Origin: Iphione sp. A-MEVVRFRX5
Lineage: Eukaryota
Length of the DNA stretch: 64,000 bases
Assembly (NCBI GenBank): GCA_976226885.1
Contig: OZ320313.1
Coordinates: 70,618,001 to 70,682,000, forward strand
Reading direction: 5' to 3'
The notes under the pieces are model-generated. The model did not search any database and was not told where the DNA came from. It saw only the letters and a list, made by a program, of their open reading frames with translations. A program made the position numbers and the translations under genes. Shown piece by piece: positions 11,501-23,000 of the stretch (positions are counted from its first letter, which is position 1; every line of letters begins with the position of its first letter).

Positions 11501-14132
11501 GTTTACGGATTGAAGTCACGCGTGATTCCTAATTCTGTTTTCAAGTTCCATTTCGACCAAAGATGAAGTCTCATATCCTCTTGACCTGGTACCATTCCGA
11601 ACAACCGATACGTAGGACAAATGTGCCACCGACTTCATCATCTATATCTCTTTAAGTATTATTATGTCTCATCGTACATCCATCTTTCTTCACCGAGAGT
11701 AGATTTGAAAGAGAAGGGCTCATCAGTTTTCAGACAGCTGAAAAATGAACGATTAAATGATGTAGAGATAATGAAATAATGGAGGGCAAGGAAGTCTGGC
11801 ACACGGATACATCACAAGCTGTACATCACGTAGATATAGCCAGTAGACTTGCAATTATTTGCAAGAATTGTACGGTAAAGTAATCTAGATGTACAATACC
11901 TTCCATGGGTTTATATTAATATTCCTTGCATATAATACAATCAACTTTGTCCCGATCAGTGTCTACCTTAGACCAGTAACAATACATAGTCTTATCTAAT
12001 TACCAAATAAAAACTCTGAGCATGATACAATGACGATTTTGCATTTGTGTCCATAGAGTGCTTTTCTATTTCAAATGGACGTATAGGTTGGAATGCTACA
12101 TGCTTAAAGAACAAATATCGTGTTCTTTAAGGTTGCTTTTATGTTCGAAGAAAAGAGATTAATATTGTTTTGACGATGGTGGTAGCCTGCCTGCCGGTAG
12201 CGTAACAGCCATGTAAAATTTACCCTGCTGCTTTTTATTGTGCCAAAGGGTCCATTCAATAAACCATTATTCTCATGCCTTGAAATAGAATTATTCACAG
12301 GAATATGTTTTTCGGAAGATTGATTCATGGCTAGGGAAAAGATACAGTGCAGGAAGCCTTTTAATTCTGTGGAAAAAACGCATGGAAAGCTAAATGGAAC
12401 TTTCCGCAGACCTAAAGGAAATACTTAATGTATCAAATATATAGAGCAGACTGTCCATGAAAAAGGATTTTTACTGCAAAGAAATAAACACCTGAAAATA
12501 TTACATTCAGTAGTGTATGTTAAATTCAGCAGTGTATGTTAAATTTCACACACAAAAACATTCAACATGGTAATTGCTTTAAACACACCAAATTGCCTTT
12601 TAATTGCTTAAAGGTTGTTTATTTTCGCTTTTATGTCTGCGGCAAATGAACGTGGAAAAATCATAATACCGTCTATGTAATAGAATAATAGGTGTGCTAA
12701 TTCTGTGCTGGGCCAATTTGAATGCTGGACAACTTTCATCAAATTGTTTCATTACCAACTCATGTTATAACCAGCTACCGCCTCTTGCTGTACACACCTA
12801 TCATCTTTAAACCTTAAACGTATTTTTTTCGAGAATTTACATAAACCATACTGCTTAGCATGGATACATTTATTGATTGCATGCATACAAATATTATCCT
12901 GCTTTAAATCGCAAGTGTGAATTGGTTAAGAAGTTGGTTGCTTATGGTGTGATCTCTTTCCCGGACTAGAGGTTAAGGTTGTATGTGTCAGAAGACGCGG
13001 AGGGCCGGCATGGGCTTCCGAAGGATTGTGTGTGTAGTTCATATATTTTCCTCGGAAAGCTACATTTGACAGACGATTGTTTCTTAAAGAGAAATAGACA
13101 GTGCCATCTCTATTGGCTCTTTGTGACTAAGCCTACATGGCCAGCGTGAGTGTATTTTATAGAATAAATTATGTTATTTTCGTTCCTACTGCTTTGTGAT
13201 CATCCTTTGTTCGGTAGGCTTTTATACTCGCGATATTAACAGGCAGCGATTTTAAGTTATAGGATAAGGTAATATCTTGGGCCCACCCTTATTTTCCGTT
13301 ATCTTTAAGATCGGCCGTCGAAACTTCCGATTTCAAAATCTGTTGTTTATGCAAACGACATATCCATCTATGCCTCTCCAAGCAACATCTTACCCTTCAG
13401 ACTAAAATGCAGAGAGGCATACGTGATATTCAGAAATGGTGGACTGAAAACGGCGACTACTGATTTTATTTCAGTAATTTTTTCCAACTACCTTTTTACT
13501 TTCTTTAATGTCGTTTTTAATGTTTTTCTCTCGTCATTCCTTTAATTCATTGTAAGAACTCGTCAACGAGAAGTGAATAAAGAGCAGTCTATTCTATGCT
13601 ATTCTATGAGGTCCAATAATATAATTATATATGGTGGTATCATTTCAGACACTTTATCTGAATGAGGTCTACAATGACATAAACGCATCCAACATTACCT
13701 CACGAGACTGTATTGCTGTCTTGTGACTACAGCTTATGAACAGTCTGGCTGCTCCAGATGCAAGGTTGATGTTTATTTGAAACGTCTGATAAATGGTTTC
13801 CAAGCAAAATGTTTCTTTGCAAATATATGAATATCACACCGCTTTCATGAGCTGCAAACTTTAAAGGTGAGTAGGACCTTTGTTCACAGTTGACCAGACA
13901 ACACCCACCGTCTCACCTTCTCTTCCCCTTTTGCTTTCCAGCTAAGGTCACACAATGCTACACTAAGTCAATTACATTTTGTCCTGATTTCGGTCGTGTT
14001 CTCTCGTTCGTAATGCATTCAGCCTGTTTATAGACTAGTCTGTCCTGGTTTCTGGTCAGTTACGAAAACGAGGGTATGGTTCTGTTCTGGTCCGTCTTGA
14101 ATCTGTGGCTAAGCGATTGAGGAAGGAATCGA

Positions 14133-14224
14133 GTGCTGGGCCTGGTTATCCCAGCGCCGACGGCCGAGGGCTGGGACGCAGTCCCAGCCCGAGGCCGGAG
14201 GTGCTGGGATAACCGGCCCAGCAC
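14133..14224. repeat. 92-nt GC-rich nested palindrome (fold-back)
   Basis: GTGCTGGGCCTGGTTATCCCAGCGCC..GGCC..GGGCTGGGAC-GCA-GTCCCAGCCC..GGCC..GGTGCTGGGATAACCGGCCCAGCAC. The arms are reverse complements apart from a few bulges. Confidence 0.9.
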
Positions 14225-15959
14225 GAGAAAAAGTCCCCAATCGTGGTTCTGAAATGGTTAACATTATTACTAACCTTTTACAGAACTTAAATCCACAATA
14301 TTCCATCTTTTAGGAACTAATTTGAATGCTACAGAACAGAGTTTCCACTGCCACAGCTGCTTCCCTCCATTTTCAAAACAAACCGCCATCTTAGTGTCAT
14401 GTGACCTCTCTCATCCAATCAAATTTCAGGAAATCCAATGAATATTCATTACTCCCTCCTCGACCAATGAGCTACCACGTTCTACTCTATGGCGTGATGG
14501 GGCCACGGTTAGAATATGTTTCCTGGGATATAGCAATCAGTGCAGCGTCACAGTGAACCATTTTAGAACATTCTACTGAACTTGAGGCTTCACCTAGACA
14601 GCCACTATATCAACAGTACGAAGCATGTAGTGACTTGCTCAGCGTTTATTAGCACGATAGATTTTCATATGATCATGTTGTGTGTCCAAGTTACATTTAT
14701 ACAGATGAAATGATGCAGTGTATGTGGCTGACCAGCTATACAATCACACTTCATCAACTGTAGTTTCAGTTGCGACATAACTTAATTAGCTTGATAAGGG
14801 AACCAAGTTGATGATGGGGGTTACAGCTTACTGCTTTGGGGCGCCAAAAGGTGGTCCTAGGTGTTTTGCCAATGAGACAGCACAACAGTCAATTGAATGA
14901 AGCTTCTATCTTTGCCATAATGCTTGCGAGGCATGGAGGAGTTTATTTTCTATCTGAATGGTAGGGGGTATGGCGTGGGTAGAGGCGAATCCTTGGTGTG
15001 TGGAAGTATTTTCTGGGGATGTAGTCACGTTGTCATGAACCAGGCTGCCTTCTAGTGGGTGTACTAATGTGGGACTCCTAAGCCATGCAAGGTAGGGGCT
15101 GTATGGCTCACTTATGTGTGCAGTTGCAGTCTGTGGTCATGTGCTGAATAGGGCGGTGGAGCAAATCATGCTTTTGGCGTGAAGGCCATAGCACTAGTTA
15201 TTTGATATCAGCCTCGAAGTACGACATATTACATTGAATAAGAAACTAACCAGGGAACCAGCAATATTACCTTCAACAGGTAATGATGAGGTAAGGGAAT
15301 GGCAGAGAGGCAAACTCTAACTGTTGCAAGAAAAAATGCAGAAGTTAATGGACTGGTCTTGTATTTATCAGTATCAAACCTGTTACAGCATAGGTAGGAA
15401 ACTAAATTTTTTTACGGAAATAATAAAGTTCAAATGACTTCGTAAGAACAAAGCTTATATGAAATTAAAATGAAACATAGTTAGGAGGATACCTTTATGA
15501 GTACACATTGAATAATAAAAATGAAGCTGCAATAAATGTGAGCGCAACAGCTTGTGTGAACTAACATGGCCTAAAATATACATACGTTTTCATAATGTTG
15601 AATCAGCATCTTGGTACAGCGAGTACATCAAGATTATATCCTCTCCATCTGCAACATAAACTCCCTTTTACATCAGACAATAAAGAATATTGTGTCTCAA
15701 GAGTACGCATAGTAATAGCACATAATATCTTTTCCATTGATTATTAACACCGTAAGATGAGCCTGGTTCGAGAATGACCGGAAACGCAATAGGTACTTTG
15801 CAAAACTGGATCCAGTAGCTTCACCGGAGTACTGGATCACAGAATAGTAGAACTGGAATACTGGATTATACTTCAGAACCTATACTTGTTAACTTCTGTT
15901 GCAGCTACAACACCGAGTCACCACTAGAAGTTATGTCCTTGCATGACCACAAGTCCGGG

Positions 15960-16430
15960 AGAGATCAGACCTGCCCCGTGGTGACAACTGTTATCTCAAA
16001 CATCGTTTGCACGTGTATATATACTCATCCAAAATCTGTAGCCCTGCTCATTGATGTACTGGGAGGGTATGTTTCAAGTTCAGTGTCAGGTCCAATCTTG
16101 GATTTGAGATTGATGAAATCTATTCCAAACACGGTTGTTGTTACTTGTGCCACAGGATATAGTCACCAGGAAGAGAGGTACGTGATCATGATAGGAATTT
16201 AAGTAGAGAAGAGTCACAGAACATAATCACATGGAAAGTAGGTGCATGGAAATAACTGGAGTCGCACCTGGAGACAGGGTGTTATGGATGGGAATGGCAT
16301 GACTTTGACAAGCCCGAGCTCATGGACAGTCAACCAACCATAAGTGAGCTTTTCAGTTGTACCTGTTAGGCTGGGTTTCCATGTACACGTGTAGGCATGG
16401 ACTGCGTTTCTAAGACCATGTCTTTTTAAC
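15960..16430 (+). mobile_element. Possible decayed Academ-like transposase C-terminus (XPG-like region plus Cys-rich finger)
   Basis: One frame with stops reads ICSPAH*CTG ... GAWK*LESHLETGCYGWEW ... ELFSCTC*AGFPCTRVGMDC, resembling the recalled HALTGCD / YGW / ELxxCxC pattern of Academ proteins. Matched from memory only. Confidence 0.4.
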
Positions 16431-16464
16431 CCGATAACCACTGTACACACACTAAAAAGAGTGG

Positions 16465-16855
16465 CAGTGTTTCCATGTGCATGATGTTTTCAGATGTGAA
16501 AACGCGGAAAATTGGCAAAAATAAGCCCCAAACGAGACAAATTGGCCTGAAACAAGGCTAATATCAGGCAAACGTGGCCGAAAAACAATGGAAAATGGCG
16601 GAATTTATTCAAAATTGGCCCCTCAAAAGCAAAACTCACGCAAAATCAACCGAAATACAGTACAACTTAGGCAAAATCGGCTGAAAAACAGTGAACCTCA
16701 GGCAAAATGAGCCAAAAAATGGTAAAATTCATAAGCACATGTGCAGCAATGTGTGGAAATGAGAGGTTATTTGCGGTAATATGCAGAACTATGTTGTTTT
16801 CTGCAGGGAACATACCTAATATAGATATTTTACCACCATTCTTCATGAAACCATG
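16465..16855 (+). mobile_element. MITE-like element with helically phased A-tracts
   Basis: Begins CAGTGTTTCC (hAT-like end); possible degenerate right end TGAAACCATG. A strongly A-rich core at 16500-16730 has A3-6 tracts every 10-11 bp. No TSD found. Confidence 0.55.
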
Positions 16856-19800
16856 GCCCATTCCTCCACGCTACATGCTATACACTACATGTGTGCATGC
16901 ATACACTCCTTCTGTTAACATCATACCCCAAAACATGGTTACTACATACTCACGTGCCTCACGTGGATCGTCTATCTGTAATTCTGTCCAAGCTCAGCCT
17001 GTTTTGAGTGTCTGTGTCACAGGAATGTACATTGCGATGTAATCCGTAGAAAATAGAATACAATAGAAAACGTTTATTGTCAGTAATCCACCGTCTAATT
17101 AAGGAAGCTTTCCAGGTAGAGGCAATTAGATCGGATGCATTCGACGCACATGCTTATACAATTGGAAGTTACAAATGTTCACATACTGCATCTAACAGAC
17201 GATATATGCAATAATTAAACTAGAACATTGTTTGTTCTTCTCAAAATCTAGTGTATGCATCAAGATTTCTTAAGGTCGGGCATGTTGGTGCATAATCTGT
17301 ATGTTATTGGTAGTGAATTCGCCTGTTATACACTCTTATACAGGAATGAAGCTCTAACTACACTTTTCTTTCCTTTAGGCAATGTTGTGTAGTAATTTTA
17401 TAACACCAACGAATTGCATTGTGTCTATGCCTTCAGCTGCTTGAGCCGTGAAGGTACACGGAGGATTGACTAGATGATAGACTGAGGGAACGGATAGTCC
17501 TGAATAGCACTTGATCGGGCACTGACCCCCAATGCCCATCGTGCCTTGCCCTCTGGTGGGTGCGGGGGCCACTTTCTATTTCAGGAAGGTTAGACATGTA
17601 TGGAAAAGGATTGGCAGAACAGATCCTCCCTGTTCCCGCTGCTGATATCGCACCTGTTGGCGTCACACCAAGGACCAATGTCTCATCTCTGCCTCGCACC
17701 ATCTTCGCGCCGTGGGAAGTGCAGCAGACAACGGCATGGAGTCCTCTAAGGTATTTGCTGAAACTGTCCCCACCGGACGAGATGTCCACACGATTTGCTC
17801 TCTAATTGAACTGGCTTATTGTATCTATCTTTGTGAAATAGAATACATATATACACTACGGTTCCTTTGATGTCACAGATTGTTATTCCATTACGTCGTT
17901 GGTGTCCTTGCAGCGGTTTATATTCTTCAAGTCGGCATGACGTCACAGTGGCTGATAGGCCTAGTACCTTTAGTCAGGGTGCCCAGTGTTGAGGTGAAAG
18001 GTAGTGGGTTTCGCTTGTTGATCTATTATAATGTTTATATCCACAATAATCATTTGATAATGATTTCAAAACTAACACTGATATTATAGTGAAAACACTT
18101 GCAGAACTACCTTTAGATTAAGTGTCTATGTCAAAATTATCATTAGTTTGTTTTCACCAGGCCTTGGAGTTTGCATAAGAATAATTATGCAGAAACTGCC
18201 TGATTATCACCCACTCTTCACCTCTGTAGTATTTTTGCTAAATTAGAAATTTTACAAGAGGATTTTAATCTAAACACTTAGACAAAGGATAAACCTATAT
18301 ATTTTTCACAATGGGTTCATATGATGACTCTAAAATCTATAGAAAAATTGCTTTGACAACTCTTTGTTTACACTCTACTCTCTGCAGGCGCCCGGATTCT
18401 CCACTCCAACAATACATGCATTATGAAAGAAGATTGCCATGAAACTCTCCTCCGAGTACCTTCCTTATCGTTATACACTGAATGTTCACGTTATGTCTCA
18501 TGGTATCTGATTGACGGACTGCTTATATACATGTACTTCAACAAACTGTAAATACCCTGTAGATTTCGAGCTTATTTCAAATGTGCTTGCTTGAACAGTA
18601 GCAACCTATCTTGAAGGCAAGTTAACTACGAGGGCACCTTGGAATTAAGACCAATTTTTTGGTCCCAATACAGGGCAACTCTGTATAAAGGGCAGAATCA
18701 ATTGGTCCCTCTAGTTGTCATCTGTGGGTTTCTAATATATTTCATTTCTTGCTACGTTGACACTGCCTATTACTGTTTACTTTTAGATATCGTGCAAAAT
18801 CCCTCTTTCCACATCTCTGAATGAAGTTACATAATAATTACCGTAAAATAAGATATCTAAAGATGTTTCACTTTATTTCATTAATCGCCGAAATTCAACA
18901 AAATGCTACCACATAGGAACTTCCCGTAGGTTATTTACATTTCCAAAGTCGTAGTATCTGCCGACATCCTGCCATCTCATCTATGATATTTGAGAAAATA
19001 GTTTCAAAAATGAGTTCCATGTACAGTGCGGGGTACTTATAGCTGGTAGACAGTTATGTCTTTGTTCCAGAATTATATTATGAGCTTACACCACAACTAG
19101 GACCTAGAAAATACATGCTATGCTCATGAAAGTTTTGTTTCTTGTCGTTGATGATGATTGTTTGTGTAGTGGGCATGGAGCAAATCCCACTCCTCATCTA
19201 AATACTGGTACTTTATGCTCGAAGGTCAGAAAGACCCAATCATGAGTTGAACATTTCTGAGTCGGATCTACATGAAGGATAGCTCAGCAAAATCGTGCCT
19301 AGGAAATCTGACATCCAATCCGGAGGCTCTCTATTCAAGGACATTAAAGCAATCCTTTATAATTAAGTAATCCTTTATAACTGAGCCACTGAACCATCGT
19401 CTGGAACGGACGCAAATAGGAAGCAACTGGTTTGAAGGGACGCCTACACGTACAACACAATCTTCAAAGACTAGTCTCTAGTTTTGTAAAAATGCGACAT
19501 TTTAGCTACCGTACTGTAATTGTTCGGAAGCTTGTGCCTTCAGGTTGTGTCATCTAGAAACCAACCCAATATCTATATGAGGAATAGTCACCTCAACCAG
19601 AAAGTCACAACTTTCAGCTAAGGTGGTGTTCACATGCATCTGTATATTTTGAAAAGGGATACAGACATGTAGACATTTTATATCTAACCAAAGCAAATAT
19701 ACTAATCTGTTGACATATATCCATTTCAAAATGGATATGGCCACGTAAACATTTTCAAATCCATCGGCGATGGATTTTTTTATGGACACCCATCCATTTC

Positions 19801-20170
19801 TCATAGCCTCCAGTGGTAGAAAAACATATGGGAGGGTCTTGAACAAACACAGCAGGAGGTATTTCACGTCTATGGACCCATATCTGTTTTTCTTCTATGG
19901 ATGCATGTGAACACCGCCTCTACAACAAACTTTTTTGCCTCCTAAAAGGAAAGCCGTTATTGATCTAAACATTTAAGACTAGGAACCTGATAGGATCTCA
20001 GTAGTTGCTCTCTCTTAGAAAAGGAGAAACGAAAGGGTGTCCTCGTGATTATCTTCGACTTGTAATAAAGTTTCTCCAGCAATGCATATTATAAAAAAGA
20101 CACAGAAAACTACAAAACCACCTAAAGGTAAATGGTGAATGGTCTATTTTGATTAAATATGGTGAACTGA

Positions 20171-20757
20171 GTATTAGTTAAAGTCCGAGGACCAGCGATT
20201 ACACGATATAATGTCCTCAATAACAGAGCAGTCTAGAGACAACTGTACAAATACGCAATATAATGTACTTGGGGGGATGGTAGGAACATAGAGAGAGGAG
20301 GATGGCAGGGGTGGTTTAATTCTACTTAAACCACCCCTGCCGTCCTCTTCTCTCTTTGACCCTACCATCCCCCCGAGTCCATTATATTGCATATTTGTAC
20401 TTTGAGCTGAATTGGCAGATCGCTCAGTTGGGAGGGGGGTGGTTTAAACTAGTTAAACTTCTTGACGGTGGTGGTGGTGGTGTGTGAGAGGGCATGACAG
20501 CCACCTCATCTATCGACTCGGTGGGCCTGATTGAGGTGTATCTTTTTGACTGTATGGGGTGCTTGATGACCAATCAATCAGGGCGTGAAAGCCACCTCAT
20601 CTATCGACTCGGTGGGCCAAACCCTCTTGACATAATCGACAAATCGTTCAGTTGTGCATGGGGGTTGGTTTAAATTAGTTAAAATCCTTGGACCAGCTCA
20701 CATTATATAATTCCAATTATATCATGTAATCGCTGCTCCTCGGACTTTAACTAATAC
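20171..20757. mobile_element. Non-autonomous element with 42-bp TIRs, an internal 156-nt hairpin and direct repeats
   Basis: TIRs 20171-20212 and 20716-20757 differ at 2 positions. Fold-back 20245-20400 with a 6-nt loop. Perfect 29-bp direct repeat at 20499-20527 and 20590-20618. Imperfect repeat of about 50 bp at about 20417-20465 and 20640-20692. Confidence 0.85.
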
Positions 20758-20939
20758 AGAAAATGACATGGGTTGCTATACAAAAATTGGTATCACAAGC
20801 AGACAAAATATTATGCTAAAATCATTGTTTTTCACTGATATAACGGTCATATATTTATGTCAAAATGAAGATCACAGCCTGTTCTAAAAAACAAACGCAT
20901 TATTGTCTTAGTGGACCTCACAGAATTTGATTTCCACAT

Positions 20940-23000
20940 TTTCCTACAAGACCATTATCATCACCTTATCGCAGTGGGGACTCATTCATGTATGATTAGC
21001 CAGAGATGCCACGTTTCCTCATTTAAGAACACATGGAGCGAAGGCAGCATTCCCAGCCGTTGGTATAGGCAGATGAGAGCCAATTGAAGCGTAGAGAGGA
21101 GGTCCGTAATTTGATTGCCTGTGTGTCATTTTGTCTGAAGGCATTCTTTTTGCTGAATCATGCCTCCAAGACAATGAATGATGGTGCAACATGTCTCTTG
21201 TCTTCAGAATGGATGGCTTTCCCAAAATAAAGAATGTCCACACAGTAGAAATGAGTTCAGTGTGAGATCTTTCTTGTAAGAATCACCTAAACTGCTCACT
21301 TTATTCCAATCCATCACCTATGCGCTACAATGGATTTTACAACACAATATCACTAAAGAACCAACGTGACCCAAAGTAAGTGACAGTTTTACATAATGTA
21401 CTGGTAACGTTTTTGCCTCCTGCCATATTGTACCTCATCTATTCAGGCATCATATGATGTTGGTCAGTTAGTGCTGGGGACAGAAGTTATTCCTTCATAT
21501 CCTTATATACAAATGTTTGAGTATTTAATCATATGATCAGTGACATCATCCAAGGGATGAGCTGTGCACAATCTAGCCATTCTGAACTGGTTCTTTAGAG
21601 TTTGTGGATGCATCTGTCACACACTCTGGGAACCTAGCTGTGTTCTCCCCCTTTAACATGTGTTACTGGGAGGAAAGAAAATGTGAGAATCACAAGTGCC
21701 CCCCATTCTGGTTGCTTGTAGACTTAGCATACAAGGTTCTGTTGGTTTTGGGGACCAATCTTTAATCAGGTAAAAACAGGCATAAATCCTAGGAGCCAGG
21801 CCAGGCCTCAGCCTGCCCCTGGACCAATGTGGACATGTTAGGGTCCAAAACTTCAAACTGGTCATAGAATGCTGAATCTTGCTGCGAACAATATGTGCAT
21901 GGCCTGCAACATTCTGCATTTATCCTGGGATTATCAGGACTAATTTGGGTCCAGATTTTGCTCCTGGTCATACAAGGCTGAAAAATGGTACACATGCTGT
22001 GGGCCTGGCCCACAGAGTTACAGGTCATTTTGTGCAGATGTGCAATGCTTGCGTATTGCCACCAAACTTGGCAGACCCACCCTTGGGGTGTCTTGAGAGA
22101 CCCTGAGTGAGGTTGGAGGTCCTAGACGCCCAGTGAGCCGGGCTAGGGTTGTTTTTATCGGGTTCATTTTCACAAGGGACCAGTATAGACCTCGTGGCCT
22201 GCAACAGGATTGTGAAATCCGTTCCTTTCTATGAGGTTGCTTTGCGGAGCTATGAACCATTTTGTGCAGATTTGCAACATTTGTGTATTGCCACCAGACG
22301 TAACATCTCCCCCACCACCCCTCTGGGAAGAAAGGGAGGCGGGACACAGATATCTGGGAGTGCTGCCGGAGAGATACCTTAGGGGGCAGAGTGGCCTATC
22401 TTGGTTTTGTCCCCCAAATCCTAAGGTAACAGATAACCAGGTGCCTCCAGGCATGCAACACACATAGGTGTTAATGCCGTGATGGGTTATGAGGTGTCAT
22501 GAGTTATGTGAGGCCAGGCCACATGGCTGAGCACTGATTTTCAACATAATACTCATATTCAATATGGTTGCATAACCACTAGACTGATGCTGTTGGAGGA
22601 CAATAGCTCCCATCAGCACTAGTTGGGAGAGATTGGAAACCCAATCCATTGCCTGGGATCCCCAACCCACTTTTTTCACTGCTGACATAATGGCCCCCTT
22701 GGGGCCATGTCATCCCCATTACAAGTTATGGCAGGCCTTTTCCCTCCACTAGAACTGGGGATTTAGAAACATGGCACTGCATTAAATGACCACTGGTCCC
22801 AGTTTATCAGAACTTGAGGCTCAGTGTCCCCTTTATTAGGAGGTTAGGGAGACGTGTCCTCTGAATCCTCCTATGCCTTCAGGCACTTCCTCAGGCCTTG
22901 CAACTTCCCTAAGAGAGTCAGGCGAATGTCCGGGTGACAGGATACAGGCACAGTACACAAACTATCCCTTGGACGAAATCACTGATCACATGCTTAATTT
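20940..23000 (+). mobile_element. Highly decayed tyrosine-recombinase retrotransposon (DIRS/Ngaro-like)
   Basis: Motif remnants occur in the expected order across broken frames: RT SPKLLTLFQSITYALQWIL (21283-21339), RNase H FVDAS (21601-21615), PILVAC (about 21702-21720) and LRTICAW..YPG, then YR-like HFVQ.CN.CVLPP (twice), SSYAFR (about 22866) and LGR (about 22968). Confidence 0.5.

Noticed and set aside
17375-17805. Several overlapping ORFs with faint hAT- or KDZ-like words and exon-like splice sites
   Set aside because: Matches were only 3-4 residues and inconsistent between frames, so no call is supportable.
21000-22500. Minus-strand gag/RT reading of the YR retroelement region
   Set aside because: The + strand gives better motifs in the correct domain order; the minus-strand resemblances are likely chance.
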